Below are positions 12,159 to 24,403 of a DNA stretch of 64,000 bases, piece after piece (within the stretch, counting starts at the first letter, position 1; each line of letters opens with the position of its first letter). The stretch comes from Balanoglossus misakiensis (Eukaryota > Animalia > Hemichordata). Under the pieces are notes generated by a model. The model was not told where the DNA came from, made no database searches, and was given only the letters and a program-made list of their open reading frames with translations. The DNA is taken from the NCBI GenBank assembly GCA_040954595.2, contig CM082579.2, positions 7,615,625 through 7,679,624 of the forward strand. The letters run 5' to 3'. The position numbers and the translations under genes were made by a program.

Positions 12159-12549
12159 ACCCCTGGTCAAATGATTGTACATACAAAAACAACTCTCTTC
12201 AAGGAAGGCCAGCCTTCTTCACTCATATCCTGTACTTGTTCACAAACTGAAAAAACAACAAAACAACAAACAATATGCTTCCTGTCTGAGTGGCGGAGTG
12301 GTTCTGTCGAGTGGGCATCATCTGGCTAAAATCCTATTGTATGTTGTAAATGTGACAAGCTCTTCTTTAATCATCTGTCCACATTTGACAGCACTTAAGT
12401 ACGTCTTCAGCAACATGACAAGGAAACTCACATCTTCACATCTGCTGGGAAAGCTGGTGTGTTATCCAACGTCTCAGATTATTCCTGAGTAGACAAAAAA
12501 AAAACATTTTCTGTAGACCAATCTTACAACTCTCCTTTTGTCTCAACAG

Positions 12550-12630
12550 AAAGCCAAGTCTGATGCCAGATTTCCTAGCAACATGGACGTCGACAAATTC
12601 CTCTCCAAACTGTACTACGCTGATTCCTGA
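12550..12630 (+). CDS. NPAT: NPAT exon 14 (KAKSDARFPSNMDVDKFLSKLYYADS*)
   Basis: Matches the conserved NPAT C-terminus (human FPAGMDVDKFLLSLHYDE); acceptor ctcaaCAG ending 12549. Confidence 0.93.
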   Translation, partial: KAKSDARFPSNMDVDKFLSKLYYADS

Positions 12631-15600
12631 ATCGTGGGAAACCAAGAGAGTGTGGAAAGAGTGGGATCAAGTTAAAGTCATAGGACATCAAATGTCCTCA
12701 ATCACTGCCATGGTTAAGTGTAATTTATTTAGCATCAAAAATGTACTTAGATGTCTGCTTCTCTGCATCCCATTATCACAACTCGCTTTTTTACACTGAC
12801 TTTAAATAGAAAATTCATCCAACGTTGCTGGCTTCACTGTTGCTACTCCAGAAGATACATTTAAAAATGTGTATGTACAAATCTGTTTGCGCCTCAAGGT
12901 GTTTGAGTCCTAATTGATAAAAGTTGTGTGAAAAGGGATTTTTGAAATGTATTATACATATTATATCCTATATTAAATTAAAAATGATTTCAAAATATAT
13001 CATCAGGTGTTGGCATGCATATGGGGGCTCTGACAAGAACATGAAGAGAATGTTCAAACTTGCGGGAGTAGATAGTTGAGAAGAGTCTTGTCTCGGTCGG
13101 GTATTGAATGGTCCAGCACGAAGAAATTGCATGAGTCAACCCTGCCAATAGAGGGCGCCCTGGAAAACGTGGGCGTAGTAGGCCCCATGCCTCTAGGGTT
13201 TCGGTGTTGGTGCCATTTTTGCCACGCTGTCACCTGAAATAGGTGGATTTTTAACACTTAGACGCCGTCTTGTCGTGCAAGTGAGATTTCTCTGTGGGTT
13301 TCACGCGCTTGGGGGCTTTCTAGAACTTTAACAGATGTGGTCAGACTGGGTGTTACTTGAAGAGTGAGATTACGGGCCGCGATCCATTTCTTTTTATAAT
13401 TTCTGACAAAGTCGATTTTTTCTGTAGTTATCTAAAAAAGAAGTGGCTTTGCAGATTTACTAAGAGTTGTTTTGGCCTTTTTGTTGATCATCCTCCGCCA
13501 AATTTCATTTATTCCGACAGGAATTTACCTTCCCCAAAATATTGTCTGCTGAAAACCAAGGCGGGCAGTAATTCCGAAGGGTTTAAAACGCGCTCTTTCA
13601 CGACCCTAGCTTGTGTCTGCCACACGTCACGGAGGATCGCCCCATGATAGTCTCAATGCAGGCATTTGGCAGCCGAGCTTTGAATTTCCCAAGCGTGGAA
13701 TAAAACGCTGGCGAGCTGTTTACATACCTTGTAAATTAAAAGGCGGAATTTATAACATCGACGACAAAATCGAAGAATTATTACATGCCATCAATCAGTT
13801 GAACCACGGTGTGTTATGATACATCAGGGGATTCACACCAGTCGTCATCTCTGATTCATTGTGATATTTATCGCCGTGCTGAAAGCAATATTCTTCCCCT
13901 TTAGTTTTCAAACTTGTAAAAAAAAGTCCATGCATGTGTACCACAGTCGCATGTAAACTGGGTGATGATGTGTACCCTTTTCGAGACAAGAGAACGTTGT
14001 CTCACCCAACTTTTCTTCGGGTGCATTTTATTAAAAATATGACACGAAGGGGATTCTATAAAGATTAAATCTTGGTAACCCATTGCCAGGAATATGGATC
14101 GTCGTTAATGTGCTTTGGTATGACGTGTAACTAGACCTGTGCGATCGGTGGTGTGTGTGTGGGGGGGGGGGGGTCACATACAAGCCGAAAGTTGTTGAAA
14201 CGCGCAGCAGCCTTGGAATTTTCAGCCATGCACTAAACAATGGGTGACTGTGTAATATGCACGTGTAAAACCCCAAGATTCCAAAAGTGTGTTATGCGAA
14301 AAAGTCAAGTGGTAAATTTGAGAAGAAATTACCAGACCGTGTCGATGTGAGTCACGGTCGGTGAAGCTCTAGGCTAGGCGCTGTCGTGGACATTGCAATC
14401 AATCAACAAGTGGTTTGTTTTTGTATTTTTTTTAAATTCTGGATTGTCCGGTATTTAGGACGTAATTAAATGGCGACTTCTGATGCGCTGTCACAAACGC
14501 CTTGTTTATCGTCGCCAGTACAGTTTTACATCATTATGCCAAGTCGCCGATACATAAAAATTGTGCCTCTTGTTCTAGTTTCATCTGAAATGGCCCAGAA
14601 ACAGAGTCTGTCACACCTTATCGCTCGACATCCATCACTTTCGCATTATACGCCATTTTTCATTTCTCTGAGCTCTAGGCTATCAGTCATATTCTTTTAT
14701 CTGCGATTGCACAGTTTGATGTAAATTGACGTGAAATATAGCGGAATATATCTTCATACATGCAATTTTACACCGTCATTCCGCCCACTCAGAGTGTTTC
14801 CCGTCGAGATTCTACCGTATCCAGAGAGACGTTTGTTGAACATGATTCGCAACTCCAGGGCTCGCCAAAGCTTTATCGGACAGCGCATGCTCGGCATCAT
14901 CTATCTGCTCTTCATTCACACGCTCACACGTGTGAAGTTCTCTGACTGGTAACTCTTTGTACATAAGTAGTACAACCCATCGAGGAGAGCCGTGCGAGTA
15001 GATACCACTGACAAAATCGACAATAAGACGCCCATTTTTGACACCATTTTAATAATTTTCTTTTCATTTGATGTAGGCTACTCGTGCGTGTTGTTCTAAT
15101 CACTGAAACATGCTAAGTGACCAGATGTCATTCGCAACCGTTGCATGGACATTGCATTTGAATACTTCCATCATTTCATTTTTGGTCAGTACCAAAAATC
15201 ACATTGTAGACGATTCTCCTTTGCCTGTCCACCTTTTTCCCCGAAGCCATTTTCCTTCGCACCGTCCGCCAACATTTATTTTTCAAAACAATCCTCCATC
15301 CAGCCCCAGAAGTGAAACGGTCTCCCCTTTGGGACGTTTTAAAGTACAGGTACACATTTGCATTGCGTCAAAGACACCGTGTCTCCACCAGACTAGGAGT
15401 TGATTCACCACGCAGTTCTTATACCTTACTCGCATGCATGGAGTCTGACATCCGAACATATTTCACTGTCACATACTTGCAGATTAGAGACATACAACAC
15501 AGGATTAGGAGAGTGATGCCCAAGAATGCCGGGGATGCATGACAGTTGACACGAACCACCGGGATACAAGAAAAGTCTGCGTAGTGTATTCGCTCGGAAG

Positions 15601-18320
15601 GTCGCTCCTAAGAGAATGATCTCGTATAATTCACACTGACATTTCATTCGCCGTGCAGCAGCACCGCTGTTTTGAATCCGTGGGTGGAATGGGAACCGGG
15701 GAAAGCCAAAAGACTGGAAAAGAGTGCGAGGAACGGGCGAGAGCTAGGATCCGCGTGTCAGCGCGTGAATGCGACGCGTGAAAAAGCGCGGACTTCTGAA
15801 CGCGCTGGTTTATATGACATAATGAATTTTCAGCGCCTCTTCAAAAGTCGCTGTATATAACAACGCGCCGGAATTTATGAGCGAAAGCAAATATTGAGAT
15901 AATGCTGCCATTGGAGTTACCTATGCACCATCTGTACGTGATATTCATCTTTATTACATCAAGCGGAGAAAAGTGATGAATGCAAGTGTAGTATAGCCTC
16001 GTCCCTGACTTAGATTTGTTCTAGAGAGAAGCAGAAATCACGGAAAACATATTGTTGTACGCTCCTTACCAACTGAACACTGCCCCCTTCTGGCAGTCGA
16101 GGTACAGCCTACAGTCCAGTACCCCCCCCCCCCCCCTCCAGAAACGCATTCGTGCTGAACAAGGCGTTTTCGTCACGAAACCTTGCTTTCCAGGCCACTT
16201 GAAGACGACAGATCGGGAGTGATACTTGAGCTCATGATGTCTATTTGTATCATCTTAGTCAGTCTTTTGTCAAGGGGGACCACTGATGAACTACCCGGCG
16301 GGGAACTACCCCCGCTGATTGCAAAAACCCGTCGATTGCACTTTAAGACGTGCACGGGTGAACGCATTTTGCTGTTCTGAAGTGTTTCAAATTATTTTGC
16401 GGTACATAACTTGAAAATATGAAAGGGAGAAACATATATTATTCATCCGCTCGAAGGGCAATGTCGCCCTCAACTGAAGTAGGTTCGGACAGCTTTAAGG
16501 TCGAGGTGGATTCATGTCACTGCTTCGTGTATCTCCTTGGAAGCAAAATTTCGCATGTAAAAGGCCAAGAAAAACAAGGACCCCGAAAACATATTAAATA
16601 ACGGTCATTGTTATTGTTGACAAATGAATTAAAGTCCGGACTTCAATGTCATTTTCAGCAATATTCCAATTAGTACAAAAGCGGTGTGTTGAAAAACCAA
16701 AGATTGACCAAGAGCCACAGTTGATACCCAAAGCAAAAATGCCGAAAAAATAGACTAAAAGTTACTGGGGGTAAAATTAGTCGTCGTACAGCTCAGACGC
16801 GTGTACTCCTAAATGACATGCATGGTTTGTTATGTCTAAAAATTTAGCATGCGAATGAGATGTATTTATATCCACAATATATGTGATAATGATTGAGCTT
16901 GCAAATTTATCTATGTCAAAGTTTGACTCTTTTCACCCAGGTATAAGAATGTTAATTGTTTTGTTGATGTGTTCGATGTGTGACAACATATCGCAAGACT
17001 TCTCTCACAGGTATGTGGGAAAATTAGCTTTGTATAATAAAGAAATTTAAGTCTGCATAGAGGCTGGGTGTATTCGGTACTTGAATTCAATTCGTTCAAC
17101 TTTACTCCTGCGCTATAAATCACGGTATTCGACGATCTGGTCCTTTCACAGTTTTAATCAAAGCAAATTACTTGCAGTCATCCACCAGTGGTCAGGCGTC
17201 CTTCGTTGAAATACTGTGAATACAATCAGTTGGAAATGGCACTCTATGTCGATAAATCATATCACCACACATATCACCTTCACATTTTCATCTTTGTTCG
17301 TCTCTACGGCGTTGGAAACGAGACGCTCCACTCGGAGCAGGCCATGGCAACGTATAAACGATAAACGCGCGCGAAAAAAAAGAGACTCGACACAGCCGGC
17401 AGCCCACAGCCAAAAGAATAGCCGGGATATAAACTGTCGACAGAGATTGTTGTTGTTTCATTATCTGGCACAACTATCGTAAAACGGACCCCTTTGAATT
17501 TCACAAATACAAGAAAAACTCCGGCATACAATGGTTCCATACTGTTATGGCTGGGTAATCGACGCTCTCGCCTTGACGACGCGCTATAATAAAACGGCGC
17601 GGTGGAGATTTTATTACTAGGTGGAGGCCGATTCCAAACTTTTGTTCATGTTGACGTTATTCTGATTGATCGAAGATCGCAATTGCAAACATATCGCTCT
17701 CGACTGAATCCAAACAACCCGGCACAAACTCAGTGTTCAATGCTGCCACGGATGAAAAGTTGTCCGGATGCGCGTAACATTCGTTGCTTTAGTGTAATTC
17801 TTTGACAATCATTGCGTCAGGTGGTTTCTACTCGCAAACTTGTGACCCCTAGCCCCATTTCAAAATTATTTATGGAAATTGGGTCTATATTTATAATTAG
17901 ATACGAAGTATGGATTATTAGTCGCGTGTGTGTCAATGACCCGAGCTTTGTATCACGCTAAAATTGCTTTTTATTCACTTTTAGTCATAAATTTTGATAA
18001 TAGAATCTCCAAAAGTAAAATAATAGTGTGCGTTTATCTTGCCTGAGTAATGCAAATGTGTTTTAGCTGTGTCAGTCAAAGTTAAAGGCCGCTGAAATCT
18101 CAAATTCGTTCTGACACGATTCGGAAAATTCAGTCCTAGTACGAGGCTAGAGTAGTAGGGATCACCCCGCTGTTCCAAGCATTGATTACCATCCCCTTCG
18201 GCCAGACTGTTCCGCGTCATATATGTCGGGATCGATCCGTTATATCGGAAGTGACCTCCGGGGAAACCGATGTATAAATGGAGAAACATCACTATCATTG
18301 AAGTGCGCGAACCATATCAG

Positions 18321-18445
18321 GTAAGGGGAGCGATATTGACTCGAAACCGGGTTTCAAGCGGTAATTATTCGAGTGACACCAATTGGACATCGCCATTGTT
18401 TGTCATAGCGATCTATTATAATGTGTATGTGAAATAACTTTACAG
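18321..18445 (+). other. ADCY9: Probable 5'-UTR intron of ADCY9
   Basis: CAG|GTAAGG donor at 18321 and aactttaCAG acceptor ending 18445; ETS motif CGGAAGTG at 18246-18253 upstream. Inferred from splice consensus only. Confidence 0.5.
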
Positions 18446-18964
18446 GGGACTGGACTCGTTGGATATGTTCAGTGACTTCGTGTAGGCAGCCTAGACGTGT
18501 GTATCCGCCCGATCGCTGCATGATCGCTTGATGCTCTCACTCCTACCTACATCGGCGACTGGAAATTCTCTCACGGTATGTATCACGGAGCTGCTGCAGC
18601 GAAGGGAGTTGTCTAGCGAGGAGAGGTGTACGTTCCTGCCCGCCACCAGATTGATGTACGCGGCCTAGAAGGTTATTTACACGCACATCCGTGTGTGCGT
18701 GCATAACAGCGATCGTCTGTTCAAACCCGATCGAGTGCAATACAGAGTGAAACTTTAGAGGTATGTCTTGATTGCTGCGTGTATCACGTGTGGTGTTTCC
18801 CCTCGTCGGCTTCCGCATTCTGTGAGATACTTCGGAGGGTTAGACACCCTGGGCGTGATGTTGCTCTAAAGATTCGGTGAAGGTGTGTGATCGCCATACA
18901 TGATACTAGTATCAATAGTGTAGTCGCTTCTGGTCCACCGGCCGTCGATATCAGGATTATAAAC

Positions 18965-20477
18965 ATGGCGAACACTACAGTGACATACACGTTTCACGGC
19001 AGCAACACCGCCGTCGACGAGAACTCCGTACAAGTGACCATCAAACCCGAGTCGACCTCCAGCCACGACGAATCGAGCGCGAGCAGACGGTCCACCAGAA
19101 GGCTCCCGCAGCTCTTCGAACGCTCCTCCGGGAGTTGGCTGAACCCGCGCTTCGACTCGGACATCCTTGAACAGCAACTGGTGAAGAGTTACTTCCCACA
19201 GAACAAGCGGCGATTCCAGTACGCCCTCTTGTACATCATCGTCTCGTGTGTGGCGTGGAGCATATTTTTCGCCATCCAGACCAAAGACCACTGGCTGATG
19301 TTCGTGCTGGGCAGTGTGGCGGTGCTGGTGTCCTGCATCTTCCTGCTGGTATTCACCTACACACGATTTTACAATTTCCGCAGCATGTTAGTGACATCTC
19401 TGCTGCTCTCTGTCACCCTGTGCGCACTGACTCTAGCTACAATAGCCTTCTACCCCGATTCACCCGTTACTAACGTTGGCATGTTTGCAATCTGCGTAGA
19501 AATTCTGCTGATGATGTACACCGTTATCCCTATGCCCTTGTTCGTCGCCTTCATGATAGGCGGCCTGTATTCTATCCTGTATGAAGTCTTGTACTACGTC
19601 AAGCGAAAACAGACGGCCACCGAGATGGACGGGTACGAGGAGTTCATCATGGCCATCAGCAAGGCGTTCCTTCACTTCTGCATCCACCTGATGGGCATCT
19701 CCATCTATTTCATGTCGCAGTTCAGGAAACACAGCACTTTCTGGAAGGTGGCCCAGTCCATCGTGGCCAGGCGCGAGCTGGAGGTCGAGAAGCAGATCAA
19801 GGAGAAGATGATCCACTCGGTGATGCCGCGGATGTTGGCGGACGAGCTGATGAAGTCCACCGGCGACGACGAGTCCGACTCGTACAGTGGACGGCGGCGA
19901 TCGTCCCGAGGATCCAGTCCGAAGAAGAAGAAGAGCCAGAGCATCTTCCGGCCCTTCTACATGAACCGAATGGAGAGCGTCAGCATCTTGTACGCGGACA
20001 TTGTCGGCTTCACGAGGATGAGCTCCAACAAGACGGCTGAACAGTTGGTCGGCCTGCTGAATGATCTGTTCGGCCAGTTCGACATCCTGGCCGAGAAGAA
20101 CGGCTGCGAGAAGATCAGCACCCTGGGAGACTGCTACTACTGCGTGTCGGGTTGCCCCGAGCCACGACCGGACCACGCCATCTGCTGCGTGGAGATGGGC
20201 CTTCAGATGATCTCCATCATCAAGGAGTTCTGCATTGCCAAGAACGAGAACGTCAACATGCGCGTGGGCGTGCACACAGGGACGGTGCTCTGCGGGATCA
20301 TCGGATCCCGACGGTTCAAGTTCGACGTCTGGTCCAACGACGTCACCCTGGCCAACATGATGGAGGCTGCCGGGTTGCCTGGGAGGGTGCACGTCTCCGC
20401 GGCAACCGTCAAGTACATGGACGACGCCTACATTTTGGACGATGGCAAAGGCGACACCAGGCATCCTTCATTGATGG
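18965..20477 (+). CDS. ADCY9: Adenylyl cyclase type 9, first coding exon (N-terminus, M1 transmembrane cluster, C1a catalytic domain)
   Basis: aaacATGg start; AC9-typical LPQLFERSSGSWLNPRFDS and KEKMIHSVMP; C1a motifs VSILYADIVGFT, KISTLGDCYYCVSG, MRVGVHTG and FDVWSNDV; donor G|GTAAGT at 20478. Confidence 0.95.
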
Positions 20478-21285
20478 GTAAGTCCAGTTTTAGCAGTAAT
20501 TGCAGGTGGCTCAATATTATGACAATTTATCCCTGCAGTTATTGCAACACCCTATATTTTATTGCTTCTGGTAGACAAAGCATGAGCACTTGGTTCCACG
20601 AGTACCTTGTCACAGTTCAGCTTTGTCAACTAGTGCAATAGCCATCTCACATTTCCTTTCGTCGTTCCTCAGTTACAAAGCAGACACTTGCTGCTTTCCA
20701 AATAACACAACATATGCTATGAAAAGAATTGGGAATCTCAGTTGTGTCAGCTGGTAACTATACATGTACAGACAATTCAGAAAAGCAGATCTGGTGGAAT
20801 AATAGACATTCTCACTCTTAGTTATGCTTGCACACAGTACAGTTTGCTTCGTTTGTATGCCAATTTGAAAATTTGATCCTCCTTCCTGAAATGAAGTTTT
20901 CACAAACACGCAAACGAGACAACACAGAGAAAAACCCAAGGTGTTTGTGACATGTCAGGTTAGGATTGATTTAAAGTGGTTTTAGGGGAAATCTGTTGGC
21001 AGTTTGAGAATCCTGGTGAACAATGCTTTTCCCAAATGAACTCACGACATGTTTACTCTCCATGCTTGACAGCTTTCATAAGTGCCAGCCCACCCTAAAA
21101 CATGTTATCACACATTGTTATGGCTGAGCTATTCTGCTTAGTGTTGAGGCCCTCGAAGTCAACACTCGTGCAGAGAGATACACTGTTTTGTTTGCTACAT
21201 TGCTAATTAATCCCACCAGCCATAACTAGTTCTCCTTGTCCTTCGTTTCAGTATGAGTGTGCCAAAGGCGTCCCTCAACTCATTA

Positions 21286-21627
21286 TTAAGGTAGCATATG
21301 CCTTGGGGACTGATTTTCAGAAATATGATAGTTCTCCAAACCTTTCAATTCTTGGATATATTACAGTGTGTGAGGTGTCTTTTCAAAAGCAAGGAAGAAA
21401 AAAATAGTGTTCACTGTTTTGTTTTGTAAGAATCATGACTTTAAATTGTTTCTCCATAGCTGTGGCAGCCATTTTGAATTTCAACTTTGAGGCAATTTTG
21501 CTCTCTTTCAACATTTTGCACAGTGACCCCCTAATTTTTTAATATTATAAGAATAATGTGATGATGCCATGAGCAAAATATGACAAAAAAAATTAAAGAC
21601 TGATTTTCGACACAAGTACTATCTTAA
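21286..21627. mobile_element. Degenerate non-autonomous DNA transposon (MITE) with TTAA flanks
   Basis: Left end TTAAGGTAGCA and right end TACTATCTTAA (reverse complement TTAAGATAGTA): imperfect TIRs bounded by TTAA, as in Kolobok/piggyBac-type elements. No ORF. Confidence 0.5.
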
Positions 21628-24272
21628 CTGAAATATCTTTTTTTGCCACCAGTTGCACTTTGATTCAATTTGTTCCCATGGAAGATTTCAGGAATTTTAT
21701 ATGTAAGAGTTGCGTCATTGTTTGTGGTGTGCAGAAGACAGGAAAAGCAAATAACAGTCAAAGGCAATGTTATTGTTCATTGTGATAAACAATAGCCATG
21801 TCAGAGACAACAGCCTTGATACTAACAAAAATCCGCTAAAAGGATTAAAGTAATTTACAAAAGAATAACAGTTGTAAGATCCAGCTGTAACAAATGTACG
21901 AGAATTGTTTGTGCCCCAAAAGGCTATTTAACAGTGCAACTGAGAATGTTTGTGAATAGTCTCAAATGTATGCAGAAGAAAATTTTTGCAAATACACTTA
22001 CAAGGGTAGTTTAAGTTTTTTATTACCTTGTTGCATACATATGCAATCAACTGGCAAAGTTTGTGAATAGGCTCAATAGCTGTAAATGTTAAATTTGTAA
22101 ATCCTGGTGTTAAAGGGCAAACAGTATTAAAATTATGATTTAAAAGAACTGATTTTCCTCGTACACGTAGTGCGATAATACAGACACCATACCCCATTAT
22201 TCACAGTCAGGGTGACTCTCTTATAGCATTCATAAACTCGACATTTTCATATTTCTATTTTTTTGCACGGTATTTAATTGGTTTGTCATCGTCCATGGGA
22301 TGCAGTCATGCGTGTCAGTAATAGTGTATTGCAACATATGGAGCGATAGCGATTGCTTCAGACCTCGTCATAACCGCCGTGTTTTGCTGCATAATTCAAA
22401 AACGCCTGCTTCTTTTGCGCTCTTTTTCTCTCTACATCTTGCACAGCTGACTGAACCATTGATACTAAATGGGTTTCCGGTTTTGGGGCAGATTTGAGAT
22501 AAATTGATGATTGCGGCTCGCTGCGAGGGATTGGTCTTCCACGAACGAGTTTGGTTAACGAACTGATGCGGGTGGATATGATCAGGTATTCCGACATGGT
22601 TCATTGAAAAGCGAGGCTGGCAATTGACAGGTAGTGCATTCACATGTCAGTGCATTGTACATGTACGTGAAAATTATGGAACATGTCTCTAAATATCTCA
22701 GGGTAGGGAGAGATATCCGTGATATGGCACTCTTCTGCCTAACGTCTGCTCAGGTCCGACAGCGTCTGAAACAAAGCTCCATCCATATTCCTGCAGTTCC
22801 GCCATTTATTACCCATTTTTATGTTTACATGCATCGCTTACATAGCAGGAGATTGAACCCTTGAATGCACAATTTAAACGATATCCATAGGTCTTGATAA
22901 AATTTCACCCCATCTGAGCCCTGCCTGTGCAATTTCATGCATGATTTTCATACGACAATAAATTGTGCAAATATATCGGTGACTGAAAATGAAAATACAA
23001 CAAACACAATGGCAGCAGCTGAGCAAATTTGATTTCGTTTTTTTTTTACCCGGAGTAGATATTTTTAGTTCAGGATATTCTTATCAATCTGGAAAAGCTA
23101 AATTTACTGAATTTGCATACAACTTATTCTTACAGGCCCAGGGCTTTAAAATAAAATGCATCAATAAAATATTGAGTTATTGTGTTGTAGGATTGACGTT
23201 GAAAATTCTGTCTTTATACCACCTCTTACATTATAATAACATCTAGAGTTTTAAGAGGTGCATTTTTATTCAAATTGTGAGAAACTGAACATGTGATGCA
23301 GCAACTCTGTTAGGCTTTGAGTAATCAATATCATTCTTTATTGTCACAGAATTTATGAACATATTTTTAAAAAGATGCGAGATTTTGAGAAATTTTCTTT
23401 CAGTGCATCAACTTCGTAATTTCTACATGGCTGGCACGTTTTCTGTATGCAAAATATATGGTGTAGGTTTGTCAGCCATGTTTTTTGTGAAGATGAACGA
23501 CTTCCTGTAATCATTTTGGACGTCGCTAACCACATGTGCACCATACTCTGACATTTTCACAAGGTGCTTTTGTGGCTGTTAATAAAAAAATCATGCACAA
23601 TTTTAAGCGCAAGACATTTTTAGCTGCATGTTTATTAATCTGTTCATGAATTACGTTTCCGAAATGTGCGACATTAACAGTTGACATTTCAAGCGCTGAC
23701 AAAACCCATGCCGTTTCACAGTCATTTTGGGGTGTCAAAATTTGGATTGTAAATTTTCTCTGATAGCCGGTAAATTATTCTTAATCGGCCAACTCAGCAT
23801 GCTGTAGTGTTGTTCCATCCTTCCTCAGATCTGTTGACTTACGATAGGCCTACTCCAGAATAAACATGTTGCACGCAGTCGCAGACTAAATGTATACTGC
23901 AGTGTTCCATGGGAAAATAGTGTAAAACTAGTTATTTTCGCGATCAATAAATGAGTTGCATTCAGTACATAGTTCAGCGAATACGCTTCCCTCGTTTCAC
24001 TTGATGTGGTTGATTTAACCAGACATTCGAATGAAAATACCAGGACATAAGGTTCATGAAAACAGCCAATTGAACATACCATTCCAGCACTGAGTTTGTG
24101 AAATTAGATAAAGTAAAGGGACTTTGGGGATGCCTGGGGTACATGTAAGAAATGACCTTTGAAGTAGTCAGACTTGTCTCTAGCGTAATAAAAACTTTAA
24201 CAAGCAATAAAATAATTCTTTGTAAAGGGAAAGTTTTACAAGGGAAGGAGAAGGTAAGATAATTTTAGAAAC

Positions 24273-24403
24273 TAAGGGATTGGTCAATTTCTTTAGCGGG
24301 GTGGGGGGGGACTGGGCGTGGCCAGTTTGCTTCCTTATCAAAATGTTACTGCCATTCCTTTTGACAAAAAGGGAGGTGCCCGTCCTCCCTGGGGGGGGGG
24401 GGG
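24273..24403 (+). mobile_element. MITE-like fragment: TAAGGGATTGGTCAATTTCTT end followed by poly-G
   Basis: 20/21-nt match to 57971-57991, and both are followed by G tracts. A related TAAGGGAGCTGTCA plus poly-G occurs at 44494-44538. Confidence 0.5.

Larger units (their letters stand above)
4897..12630 (+). other. NPAT: NPAT gene span (histone-locus-body scaffold/coactivator), 14 coding exons, about 3978 nt CDS / about 1325 aa
   Basis: All 13 introns are GT-AG with mutually consistent phases. Hallmark motifs: N-terminal MLLPSDVARLVLGYL (LisH), SLWKKLD, KLAENIN, DPVFESLFALFD and C-terminal FPSNMDVDKFLSKLYY. Confidence 0.93.

Noticed and set aside
14731-15600. Short ORFs that might be exons of a small gene
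   Set aside because: They could not be joined into a consistent frame, and no homology is recognisable.
18887-18964. N-terminal extension of the ADCY9 ORF from GTG 18887, and read-through past 20477 to 20641
   Set aside because: ORF-caller artefacts. ATG 18965 has good Kozak context, and the sequence after the GTAAGT donor is intronic.
19460-20464. 334-aa antisense ORF, and others at 58266-59012, 59166-59906 and 58403-59251, overlapping ADCY9 exons
   Set aside because: Shadow ORFs caused by the strong GC3 codon bias of the real exons; no recognisable protein features.
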